A DNA stretch of 63,838 nt, counting the filler, from Atractiella rhizophila (lineage: Eukaryota), in assembly GCA_021432655.1 (NCBI GenBank). It is 12 parts of 12 records of this genome, joined end to end, with 100 filler letters (N's around TTAATTAATTAA, not from the genome) between each part and the next. Parts side by side here need not be neighbours in the genome. Positions count along the whole stretch, not along the records: positions 11,440 to 17,026 come from MU272361.1; positions 17,127 to 22,704 come from MU272362.1; positions 22,805 to 28,359 come from MU272363.1; 9 more parts are not named here. One strand, given 5' to 3'. Made by a program: the position numbers and the translations under genes. Positions 12,443 to 23,767 of this stretch are shown piece after piece; positions within the stretch are counted from its first letter, which is position 1, and each line of letters starts with the position of its first letter. Under the pieces are notes generated by a model. The model made no database searches and had not been told where the DNA came from. It saw only the letters and a list, made by a program, of their open reading frames with translations.

Positions 12443-12811
12443 GGAAAGGAGGAGGATGCGGCCTACGATTACGAGGCTAAGCGTCCTGGCCAGAGAATGC
12501 GAAAGAGGAAGGGAGAGGAGTTGCCGTCATCTACTCAAACTTCTAAGAAGTCGAGAGGGTCTGGGAGTGGGATGAAGCGGAGTTCAGCCCACGTGTCATT
12601 TCCACATTTATTTACGGTCACATTATCTTTATTCCATTTCAACAAAAAGTGGATGGCTCTCAACTTGCCTGTGGCGCTTTATTTTGAGGCAGCTTTGCCT
12701 GCCTCTCCGGCAGTCAGGGAAACACTGAACGTTATTTCCTTATTTCCCTTTACTGGTAAAGCAGGGCAGTGGCATACTTTACTAGGCCTTCCTTACCTCT
12801 AAAAGCCATCC

Positions 12812-13245
12812 GTTCTTGGCATGAGTCATAAAACGCACTTTTAAGCGTTCATACCTCCCTCAGCAGGCACATTGAAACGAAATGAATTACATCATCTTAC
12901 TGCATATGCTTGCGCCTTTCTGAAGCCATGAGGAAATTTTTATTCTGAAGAGGATAAAAAAATGCATTTCATACTGGACTCGAACCCTCACAACAGTCAC
13001 AGTATGGTTCAAGGGGCCATGCCCCTTGCGAGTGGGTTGGGGGGCCTGAGGGACGAAGGCCATTGACACACTTGTCTATTCCTCTCAGTTCTTGGCATGA
13101 GTCATAAAACGCACTTTTTGAGCCCTCATACCTCTCTCACCAGCCACATTGATACTGTATATATTTGCGCCTTTCTGAAAGTGCAAGGAAATTTTATTTT
13201 AAAGTCATGAAAAAAAGTGTTCCCTCCTAGATTTGAACCACGGTA
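12812..13245 (+). repeat. Diverged head-to-tail tandem repeat (period 276 bp), Helitron-like non-autonomous units
   Basis: gttcttggcatgagtcataaaacgcactttt occurs at 12812 and 13088, with similarity continuing ~160 bp. Unit 1 ends with hairpin CAAGGGGC-cat-GCCCCTTG (13010-13028), a GGCCT..AGGCC stem and CTTG (13071-13074), immediately followed by TCTATT starting unit 2. Confidence 0.55.
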
Positions 13246-13249
13246 ACAG

Positions 13250-13776
13250 GAGGGTGACAGCAAGAAACGGCGGTGCAGACGGACGGGTTAGACGGTGAAC
13301 ACGGGTCAGAACACGAATGTTCAACAAAATGTTCCTTTATTCCGTCCAGCACCACCAGAATATGTCATTTATGCCATATTTTAGCCGCTAACTGCTAATG
13401 CTGGCAAGCCTAGGCTTGTGATTTGTTTGAGCCAGCCATAGACAGCACACATAAGGTTAGGTTGGTTGTACTGACTCAGAAGCCCCTTTCTGTCTGTTTT
13501 CAGCCATGCAAAGGAATGTTACAAAATATGAAATTATGGAAAGCTTGCAGCAAAACAAGCAAAAAACGGTAAAAACATGTTTAAAACTTGAAATTCATAT
13601 TACAACCGTTGTTCCCCGTCTCACCCGTCATGGAATGCAAGAGACTGACGGACGGGTGTTACCCGTCCGTTTATACTGTCAGTCTTCAAAAAATTAAAGT
13701 TGTCACGGTGACGGGACGGGCGGCCAAAAATGCTGTCCGTCCCGGACCCGCTTGACGGCAACAGTGCAAAGCCCTA
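13250..13776. mobile_element. Non-autonomous hAT-like element (MITE), left end uncertain
   Basis: The right end reads TAGGGCTTTGCAC on the minus strand. GACGG/CCGTC motifs are dense near both ends, with a 10-bp stem hairpin at 13648-13670. No coding capacity and no TSD found. Confidence 0.5.
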
Positions 13777-15039
13777 TTCACGGGTGTGAGAGCGGAATAA
13801 AATTGTGGCCTGATGGCTTGGCTGAGTTGAAAATGAGGGTAAATGTAAATGAGGTTTTAAAAGCAGCTTGCCATCCCCATAATTGTTCCCAAACTAACTT
13901 TGTGTTGTCGTTCATTGTTTCTCCTGATTGTTCACTTGCTCCTTATTCTTGCGTTTCGCTTTGGTACCACTTTACTCTTTCAAATCCCTCATGAGTACAT
14001 AAAGTGTGTAAATTGCAGAGAAATATTATTCACATCCTGCAAGGCAACAGGTTATAACACAACGCATGGGCTCATTTTCATCGCGATCCACTGCACTACA
14101 ACTTTACTAGGAACCATCTTGGTCACAATAAGCGAAAATTCCAAGATAGCCGCTCCATCACATCCTTCACACCCCAAAATCGCATTTTTGGACTTCTTAA
14201 GGTCAAACCTGGTCTGATCTGAACACTTTTATTGCCATTGGATTCACCATAGGCTATTCTTCTATCCTACAACAGATCACCTTGATCAGAGAAGTCAAAT
14301 TTTCGAAATTTCCCACCATCCCATCATCATCACATCAGCCCCTATCTCCGCTCCATCACATAGCAGATGCACTTGAGGGATTGGAGGGGAGATGTGATGT
14401 CAAATCTGTGATGTCTTCCTTATCTATTAGATAGTTGAGTCAGATATGCTGGGAAATGCAGAGGAGAGGGACAATGCACAAGAGGAAGAGAATGGGGAAA
14501 TGGAAAGGAGAAAGGAGGAACAGGAAGAAGGAGCAGAGGAATCGGAGTCAGATAGAATAAACGGTAAACAATACTGAGATGCTAAAGAAGTGACAGGAAA
14601 GCAGAGGATGACAGAAAACACACCCTTGCACTCGGAGTCAGCGGTCCAACAATTACATTATAATATAATGTTGTGTAATTTAAGCAAACATAATGAGCTC
14701 CTTGGGGCTTATAATTTAATCAAGATTACTTTGTCCATCGTGCGTTTTGCCATCATTGTAATTGCATCAGATTATAAGCATTATTATGCCCAAATTACGC
14801 TACTGTCTACATTCCTCTGGGATCCCAACTCCCTGTATCTGTTGTAAGACTGCGAAAATGATGTGAGGTTTAAGTTGAGAGGAAACAAGGATATCATTAC
14901 TTCATATTTATCCCAGACTTTAGCATGGTTTATATATCTGAGAAAGGTGTGGCAAACAAATTCTAGAAAGTACATGGATGCATAAGAAATCAGTAAGCAA
15001 GAAGAAGCGAGAAGAAAATAGAATCTCCTCGAATATGCA

Positions 15040-15302
15040 ACAGTATCATCCAAGCATCTCGGCATTCACATCTCAGAGATAAGGTGTCGTGCCCATGAAA
15101 AGAGCTGTTCAACCCCTGTAGAGGTTTTGGGGATAGCGAGGAGGTTTCCCGTTTGCGACAGTCGGGAAGAGATGGTGGTTTTCCTGTGCTGGAACATGAG
15201 GTTGCAATTCAATCCAACGAGAAATATACCTTCCACCATTGAAGAGCAGATTGCTTGGTTCCTACTAGTAGCTGGGCAGTTCTGATCGATATTCAGGCTC
15301 AA
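15040..15302 (-). pseudogene. Decayed hAT transposase C-terminal dimerisation domain; element debris probably extends ~14100-15600
   Basis: LLAIPKTSTGVEQLFSWARHLISEM* resembles the hAT consensus LAIPxTSxxVERLFS. CCATCACAT/GATGTGATG repeats at 14155-14415 look like subterminal repeats. Confidence 0.7.
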
Positions 15303-15757
15303 GGTCTGGTGTAATGGGCGCAGTGGAGTTTGGGAGAGGTGCTAGGCTCGGGACAAACTCCCACTGATGCCTGAAAAAATCTTGGAAAAGCATCCACGGT
15401 ATTGCCATGGGCCATGTGCTGGATTTGAAAACATAGCATCAAAATTGAGAAGGGGTTCTGTAAAATCTGTAGATCACACACCCAGTTCGTTGGACTCTTT
15501 TGTTGGACTCTTTCTACACACAGATAATGTTCGTGGGGATTTCTCTTCTTCAAAAGTTGACCCTGCATAGAGATATAAGCCAGGATACACTCACGAACAA
15601 TTTCACCACTCTTTTGCACCAGAGCCTTACCGGTAGACTTAGCTCGTTGAAATTACTGTAGCTTGGAAGTCAGGAGTGTACTGTACCTTTTTCCCTCTTT
15701 GTGCTCATACTTTTATCGAGTGGCACTAGTGGGTTGACATTTATGGCAGGCTTTCTG

Positions 15758-16923
15758 ATGGCGTCGATTCAATCGCTCCCTGTTGAGCTGCTACTCAAGA
15801 TATTCGAAATACTTGCCGTGCACTGGATCGAAGAACGACGAGATTACACGCGCGATAGTCATCTGCCATCTATCTGGTTGACCACTCGTTCGAACAGCCA
15901 AATCCTACCTTGCTCGTTGGTGTGCAAACAATGGAGCGAGCTCTCCTTACCCTATGTCCATTGTTTTACTTAGACTTTCTACTGCGAATATGGATGGGAT
16001 TCTTTCGTTCGTACATCAGTCGCCCACGCGGCGAGCCAACATTAAGCACCTGTTGGTTAACTTTCCAAAATCGTCGTAAGAATCGGAAGACGTAAATTGG
16101 ACAGCGCTTTGGGATGTTTTCAGCGAAGTCTTAAAGTCCGTAGGAGATATCGATCGAGCGCGCGCCATTCCTCGTCCCTGCCAACAAGGTTCTCGCTTAC
16201 GACCGTGGTAAACTGCAAGCTCGCGGTGTTCTGTCGACTTTAAGTAAATTGACTTGACTACATGCAGCACATGTTGCAGCGTTTTGGTGTCGAGGAGCTT
16301 TCCCTAATGTCGAGCAATCGAGATTCTTGCGGTTCAATAACTTTGCCCGCTATGTTATTTGTTTCGCGTTCACTTGGCTATGCGACATTAAAGCCTACGC
16401 TTTCTGGTGTCCTCTGGAGAGATTTTACAACGATCCTCAATTCCTTGTTGCTCTCTTCGACCAATTCTTTTTCATCTATCAGAGATAGAACTTTATCGCA
16501 CACCGCAATAATCCTGAAGGCTTTTTGGAACGCCTTGGACGTGGGAGCTGTCCTTAAACGGAGGCAGAGGGTATGTTGTAAATCCTTTATGCTCTTTCTC
16601 ACGGTGTTTGCGTCTAGACTGCTGCAAGGAGAATCGAGTACCTTGACAGCCTTTCGAGCAGCAAGATCGCCAGGAACAAACGGGAAGGCATCACTCGAGT
16701 CATTGCTATGACGGACGCAACCTCAGATGACGAAAAGCAGCTTGACGGTCGGCTTGTTCAAAAGCTTCTACGTTGGCGGGGTGAACCATTTGAAAGATTC
16801 GTGCGACTTGTGTCACAAAAGGAAATGGAGCGGCAGCTTGGGGCAAAAACTCGTGACCCTCCTCGTCATGATCCCACTGATTCGACTCTGCGGCTTTACT
16901 CTGACTTACGAAAGCTTCCTTGA
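15758..16923 (+). pseudogene. F-box protein, frameshifted
   Basis: MASIQSLPVELLLKIFEIL...CSLVCKQWSELSLP is an F-box motif. The reading frame shifts near 15965 and again near 16085. Confidence 0.65.
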
Positions 16924-17126
16924 TGTGTCCCTTGTTGGATTTTGCAGTCTAGTTTCGTGCCACTCAGTGGCAAAGTCCTTTAGTTTTCTGGAATGTTCTA
17001 CTATTTTCTAGTTGTCACTGCTGTAANNNNNNNNNNNNNNNNNNNNNNNNNNNNNNNNNNNNNNNNNNNNTTAATTAATTAANNNNNNNNNNNNNNNNNN
17101 NNNNNNNNNNNNNNNNNNNNNNNNNN

Positions 17127-17325
17127 GTAATCCCACTGTCACTTCCCCTTCTAGTTCTCTTACATGTTTCATCTGCTCTCCTCTACGCTCTGTGGCAGTG
17201 TTATTCCGCTTGTATATATAGATCAGAGAGTAGTAGAGGTGACCTCAGAGTATTCTCTTAGGTTTATCTCCACTACAGGTTAGTCTTCATGTCATATCAT
17301 GCACTTAGGTTTATCTCCACTACAG
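17127..17325. mobile_element. Possible solo LTR remnant at fragment start
   Basis: Begins (t)GTAAT at the fragment edge, has an internal TATATATA and ends ...CTACA. A 22-bp direct repeat cttaggtttatctccactacag occurs at 17257 and 17304. It abuts a truncated ORF. Confidence 0.35.
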
Positions 17326-17334
17326 ACGCATCGC

Positions 17335-18362
17335 CTATCGGCGACCGCACATAGTGTCAGCCCTAACAAAGTGCTCAACTTTAGCATCTCCGGCAACAAC
17401 CGCTTTGAATGCTTCCAAAGTTTCAGAAACCAATCGATGGAGGTTGATTGACTGCTGGCAAAAAGCAGCTATGCGAGGGTACTCGGATGTCGAAAACTGA
17501 TAGATGAGGTTGTGAAACTCTTTGCGTTCTTCACAGAGCTTCTCTCGCTGCTCTCGTACTCTCTTGACTTTATATTGAAAAGTGTTAACTCGAACGACTG
17601 CATCTTGGATCTTCTCTTCCAATTAGACATGGCAGAGATACCGATTTTGGACCTTGGTTGAGAAATGCGTCTTCTTCTCTGCTCGACGAAGCAGGTCGAT
17701 GAAATCGAGCGACGAAGGGATCTGGTTGTAAGCAAAACACCATGGCAAGTTACCCTGCTTCTTCCGTCCTATGCAATTCATATGGAAAAGGTGGAGCTCG
17801 CCACCTTGGTTCAGACGGACATCAATCCTGAAGGGATAGCGACCCTGCTGGTACTTGGTCCAGGGAAAGCGAGTTCCAGGATGTTCCCCGTCGAAACTTG
17901 GATAGAGGTACCCGGAACATCTTGTTTTCGTGGGGAATGTGAGGGTGTTGGCAGGAGAGATAGGTATCCAAGGATTAGGGGAACACAAACGCATAATAAT
18001 CTCTGGAAGTAGGTCATGAGCAACGATCTGCTTGCCGAAGGCAGCTTTGCAATTGTTACTCCGCTGATGTTGTCCTAAGAAGGCTGTCCCTTTCGTAACT
18101 TTCGCCAGTCATCTGTAGTTATTGCAAGGTTGCTTTGGAAGGTGCGGTGGCAGCTCGTCCCATGAGGAGTTATCCGTGTTTCTTCCGGGAGCTGAATGGT
18201 TTTGGAACAGAAGACCTGATTGCTGACCAGCTGATTGACGATTGCCAATAAGCACTCATCCTTCAAATAATGGTTGTCATAATTCTGTGGCTTCACTTTT
18301 AAAACAGATCTGACAAGTAACCTAGTGAAATTCAGATGTGTTAGGGATATGGAATAAGTCAA
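17335..18362 (-). pseudogene. Broken Cys/His-containing coiled-coil ORF, possibly the N-terminal part of a basidiomycete transposase-like family
   Basis: Adjacent in-frame ORFs 17623-17994 and 17335-17622 are separated by a single stop (RCSGY..FPW..FHMNC..WC; YPRIAAF). The region is flanked by the LTR-like remnant and the hAT. Confidence 0.3.
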
Positions 18363-18386
18363 ATTAGCAAGAATATACCTTGTCGA

Positions 18387-21300
18387 TAGGGATGGACAGC
18401 GAACCCGAAGCGCACTTACGCCACCGATTCCGATGCAAGAACGAAGCCGATCGAAGCTTCTCGTTCTCTTCGGTTTACGATTCGACTACGATACGACTCC
18501 CAACACCATATCGAACGCCCTCCCATCCAATTTTACGATTCGGTACGATGTACGATTCAGAATGTAGCTTCGGACAATGAGAATCAAAGGTGCGCACTCC
18601 AATATTCTTTTGTTCACTTCCAAACTTGTTCCTACTTGTTCTAAAGTGTAGATTGCAGGCCACCTAGCTATATAAACGGGTCCTTGAGCCCTCTCTCCAA
18701 TTATAAGGCATTCCCCCGTTATCAACTACAGTCCCACCACTCCACCAATTATCAATGTCTGCATTGGGGAAGAGGGTTAGATCATCTGTTGACCTTGCGA
18801 AGAGGAACAATGAGGATGGCACGGCAATTAGCGAGTCGAAGAGGAGGAAGAATGAAGAATCTGAGTGGGTGCTCCCTTATGTTTCCTTTCCCGATGTCAC
18901 TAATCAGCCTCCGAGTAGACACATGAAGATACCTGGATACGATGCATTGAAGATTCTGCATGCTGCATCTTATACATTGAGGATTGACCGCAACATTGTC
19001 AGTGTTCCTTTTTTCCCCTTGTCAGCAGTCGAATTAGCTTAACTCTTCGACACAGCCGGATGGCACCGCATGTCTCGCTACCATTTGTCAAGGCCTCATG
19101 GGTCAAGTGTCATCACTTTTGGAGGACAATGACGAGCCGCTTCACCATGCCTTCTCCGGTTGGATCCCCAGTCTAGCCGATATAGGACGAAGACAGGGTC
19201 TCATTGCCTTCCGAGTCCTGTGGGTTGCGCTCATCAACATCGATGAACATTCCATCCCAGTCTATCTGCTGAATGCACGTAAGGCATCAATTTGCGCCGC
19301 TGCAATTCGGATTCATGCTGTACTTGCTCAACATGCCCTCGTCGCCGAAATTGGTGAGGATGATCTCGACGGCACTTATGACCCTCTGTTGGACAATAGC
19401 GGGTCAGCAAGAGATGATGAGCCAGATCCGATTGCAGTGGACATTGATGGGGAGGAGTTAGCAAAATCTCTTGAGCGGAATAAGAAGATGGACCCAAAGT
19501 CTAAAGGAAGACGAACAAGAACTTTGGTTTGTATTTTCTTTCTCCTTCAATCATTGTTTGTATTGACTTATGTGAGCAGACTGCTGCCAACAATACGACG
19601 GCGACCTCGACGTTGAATCCCTCTTTGAGAGAAGTTGTCAACCTTGATGATGAAGAACCGAAAAGCCGTGTATGTGTTGTACAGCCTTTCTCCACACATT
19701 CTCCAACTGATTGACCTGTGTACAGCTACCTTCAAAGAAACGCAACCCGGTCTGGCTCTTCTACAAAGAGATCCCCAAGGCTCTGGCGCATAATGATGTT
19801 CAACATGGACATAAGAATGGAACGACGTACCTTGGATGCAACTTCTGTCGTTGGACCGGCCGCATTACCAAATCCAGCAACGGCAAGCTCACCCATCTCG
19901 AGGATCACCTTATCAATGCTCCGACCCACTTTAAACAAACTCGAACCCTCTTCAAAACGATGAAGACGAAAATCATGAATGGGATTCCCATCTCAGAGGA
20001 AGAGAGGGAGATGGCAACACAGGGTTTGCCGGTGTGTATAGTTCCAACTTGTATTACATTGTATCCTAATAATTCTATAGATATCTGATGTTATAGCTGA
20101 AGGGGCGAAGAAACAAAAAGATATGGTGGATCATGTAAACACCATGCGTGCACGCTTTGGCGAACAGGTATGTCTTCACTGTACTGTGCCTATGCAACTC
20201 TGCTCTGACACTTTTGTCTCTGCAGAGTTTCGATCAAATGAAGTTCGAAAATCTTTTGACAGAGTTCTTTGTTGCAACCGATCAGCCCTTCCTGCTCACT
20301 GAGAACCCTCAGTTCCGTAACCTTCTTGAATATCTTCAGTATACCTATCCTACTTTAAAACCTAGACAAGACTCTGGCCCCAACCTTGAGGAAGAAGCTG
20401 CTTGGAATACAGATGATGAGGGGGGCACGAGCGAAGGAGAGGAGGCTGAAGCCGAGGTCGACCTAAAGAAGATCAAGATACCAAAGAGGAAGGCGTTGAG
20501 GGGCAAGGTGATGAAGAAAGGGGATACTCTGTTGGAAGAACTCAAGAAGGAACTGCAGGTTTGCTATTTGATTGACAGTTAAACATCAATTGCTAACAAT
20601 TCTTCTATGAATAGGGAGTAGATACCACGATTCATCTTGCACTTGATGCGTGGACCTCCGAAAATGGCTTCTCCTTCCTTTGCACTACTGGAACCTACAT
20701 TGATCGTAATTGGGAAGTGAATGAGGTCGTTCTTGATTTTGCAGAGCTTCCAGGATCTCACACTGGGGAGAATATGGCTGAAGCTGTGTGGAGATGCATC
20801 GAGTTCTTTGGAATTGCAAGCAAGGTGACTAGATTTCTTTTGATTTGTCTTCATGCTTCCTTCTCATACATTGTGGATGTAGATCGGCTGCATTACCTCT
20901 GACAATGCATCTAATAACGACACAATGATGACCTCTCTTGCTCGCAAGTTCACTTCAAAAGGAATCCCCTTCGATGCTAAGGAACGCCGGATTCGCTGCT
21001 TCCCCCATATCATCCATCTTTCTGCCCTCGCCCTCCTTGATTCCCTCGGCATCTGGACCAAGTCAGAACAAGATGACAAAAAGAAGAAAAGGAGGACAAA
21101 CTATCAAGACTGTGTTACAGAGAAGCTTGGTGGTGTTTATGAAGACGGAAGGGCAGAGTTGGATTACCATGATGAGGAGGTGGACAGGTTGAAAGGTGCA
21201 ATCCCTAAAGTAGGTCACTCCGTCACTTCTAGTGCAACATACCTGCTGAGCCAATGATGTTCCTACTGCAGCTGCGTGCATTCATCCGAGGTATCCGTAG

Positions 21301-22704
21301 CTCTTCTAATCGGCGTGGCAACTGGTTAGAGGAGCTAGAGAAAGCATTAGCAGAGATTCAGAGTATGTCTAACATGTCCTTGAGAATGCTTATTCTTGAT
21401 GTTCGGACTCGATGGAGTTCCACCCATGAGATGCTCAATCTTGCTGACTCCTGCCGACATGCTATTGAACGCTATTCGGATCACTACGAGATCGGCGAGG
21501 ACGAAAGGTTATCTGAGGAGGATTGGGAGGGGATAAGAACTGTCTGTAATTGGCTGAAAGCTTTCCGAGATGCGACCCTTCAAATGTCAACAACATCGAT
21601 CCCCTGTCTCTCCTCAACCCTCCGTCAGTACCATGGCTTGCTCAAGCACCTGAAGAAGGCAATCAAGGAGTTTTCGCCCAACATCTCAAAGGGTTATCGG
21701 AGCGGACTTGTCGACGCCTACACAAAGCTTGCAGAGTACCACTACCGTTCTGATGACTCTCCATATTATATCTATGCTGCTCGTATGTCATCCCATTGCA
21801 CTTTACATGTATGATCAAGGCTGAAACCTAATTAGTTCTTGATCCTCGGCTTGGACCCAAGTTCTTCGAACGCTCAATTTTCAGTCAACCGGAGAAAGCT
21901 GTGATAGAAAAGCATAAAGAAAATCTGATTCAACTATTCAAGGACAGATACTTTCCAAAGTATGGCAATGGATCCACAACCGAACTGATGCCCACCTCCA
22001 CTGGCAATGACTCTTACCTCGATAAAGCCTTCAATGATGTTGACAGTGACAGTGACGATGACGATGTGCAACTAGCTGATGACACGATGACCGAACTTGA
22101 GGCAATGCGTGAGGTCAATTACTACATGACCCATTATCAGCTTCCTAATAGCACGGATATCTTTGAGTGGTACAAAGATCAAGCAAAGACGCAGCTCCCT
22201 GCTTGGTCCCGCATGGCACAAGATATCCTCTCTATTCCAGGTATATACTTTTACTACTCTTTGTGGCAATTGTATTGACTTTTCAATTTGCTATCAGGAT
22301 GTGCTGTTGGAGTCGAACGCATCTTTTCTGGTGCTCGCGACACCATTGGGATCAGACGACACCGTTTGAAGCCTTCATCAATCCGTGTCCTCATCCTTAC
22401 GAAAGCGAAGCTCAGGCTGGATCGGAACAGGGAAAGGAAGAGATTATTGAGAAAGTTGCGGGAGTTGCAGAGAAGCAAAACTGGGAAGGCGGCAAAATAA
22501 TGGATTAGTCTTGATATTTCAGTGGAATACAAGTCAAACTGTCCCGTACCTGTCGAACGACCCCGCCGGAAGTCGTATCGGTGGTCATACCGAACGGACT
22601 GGATATTGGTTTACGATAGACGATACGATTCGAGTACGATACAAAGAACACCGGCGAACGAAAGTACCCTTTCCGGGTCCGATACGCTTCGATAGCCATC
22701 CCTA
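18387..22704 (+). mobile_element. Full-length hAT DNA transposon (4318 bp)
   Basis: Left TIR TAGGGATGGACAGCGAA at 18387; right end reverse complement TAGGGATGGCTATCGAA ending at 22704 (14/17 identical, Ac-like TAGGGATG). TACGAT repeats cluster at both subtermini. The element encloses a transposase. Confidence 0.9.
18755..22500 (+). CDS. hAT transposase with BED zinc finger, 11 exons, ~1061 aa
   Basis: Ten GT-AG introns (starts 18998, 19527, 19670, 20032, 20168, 20559, 20825, 21210, 21783, 22241) give an open frame. Motifs: NPVWLFY..CNFC..HLEDH, LDAWTS, TSDNASNN, RCFPHIIHL, TRWSSTHEML, LLDPR, SIPGCAVGVERIFS. Confidence 0.9.
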
Positions 22705-23767
22705 NNNNNNNNNNNNNNNNNNNNNNNNNNNNNNNNNNNNNNNNNNNNTTAATTAATTAANNNNNNNNNNNNNNNNNNNNNNNNNNNNNNNNNNNNNNNN
22801 NNNNCTTCTGATTCTTGCACAGTTAACAACCCTGATTTTACGCCTAGGCAGCACCTACGTTGACTATCGGATCACATCTTCTCCGAGGGAAAGTCGTGAA
22901 CCTTCAAAAACCGTTTGCGCTTCTTAAAAAGCAGAAAATCGAGGACGACAAGCCAGCTCTAGAAGTCGTCTGCCTCATCGAGAAGAAAATTTTGTTCAGT
23001 AGACGACCCGAGCCTATCGCGCCAAACACCTAATAGTATTGAGCCTAGGACGCTAACGGATTGTCAAGACTGTTGAGCATCAAATTTCAGAAGAGAGTGG
23101 AACTCATGTCGTGAGTGATGTGTTGTACAGGAACTAACATCACGTAGAGGAGGATTTGACAATGAGGCTCTTCCATGTTATTCATCGGGCTGTTGTTAAC
23201 TAAAGAACGGAACGCGAGTGGAAGTAAAATGCTTGCCAATATTAATATTCAACGTTGTAACATCCCTACCAATAACGAGTTTATGTGGCAATATCGATAT
23301 GGATCAAGACTATACCGACGTGAATGGAATCAGGAAATGGTGCAACGTTAAGATGGTCGTATGATCTTTGGTATGTTTTATGAATGCCTAGGAGCCCTTA
23401 TCACTCTGCTTTGCTGGAATATGCTAATATTTTGCAGTTCGGTTGGTGAAGCTTTCCGACTAGACCACTAAATCAACATTATAACTTTATTGACCCCACA
23501 ACGCACAAACAGCCACAACGCGTGAATTTTACGCCATCCGTAAAAGAAAAATACTTAGCATCGTCCTATTATACTTCCCGTCGGCCTCGCTAGTCTCTTA
23601 TATTCAGGGCAGACGGGTTTGAGTGAGCTAGAAGTCTCAAGGCGTTACATTGTTGTGAGTTATCCTTCACCCGCCTACCTTAGGCGGTAGACGAGACACT
23701 GAGATATTTTCCAGCATTCAGGGCTCCAGGAGCTTCTGCCGTCAATAAATAAAAGAAAAAACCTAGT

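Noticed and set aside
12976..13239. Functional tRNA genes at the B-box-like motifs
   Set aside because: No acceptor stem, D-arm or anticodon arm could be folded. Kept only as a motif within a repeat.
6992..15970. Programmed ribosomal frameshifting in the kinase (T5 at 6992) and F-box (T4 at ~15964) genes
   Set aside because: No slippery heptamer with a downstream structure is evident. Both genes have other lesions, so homopolymer sequencing error or pseudogenisation is more likely.
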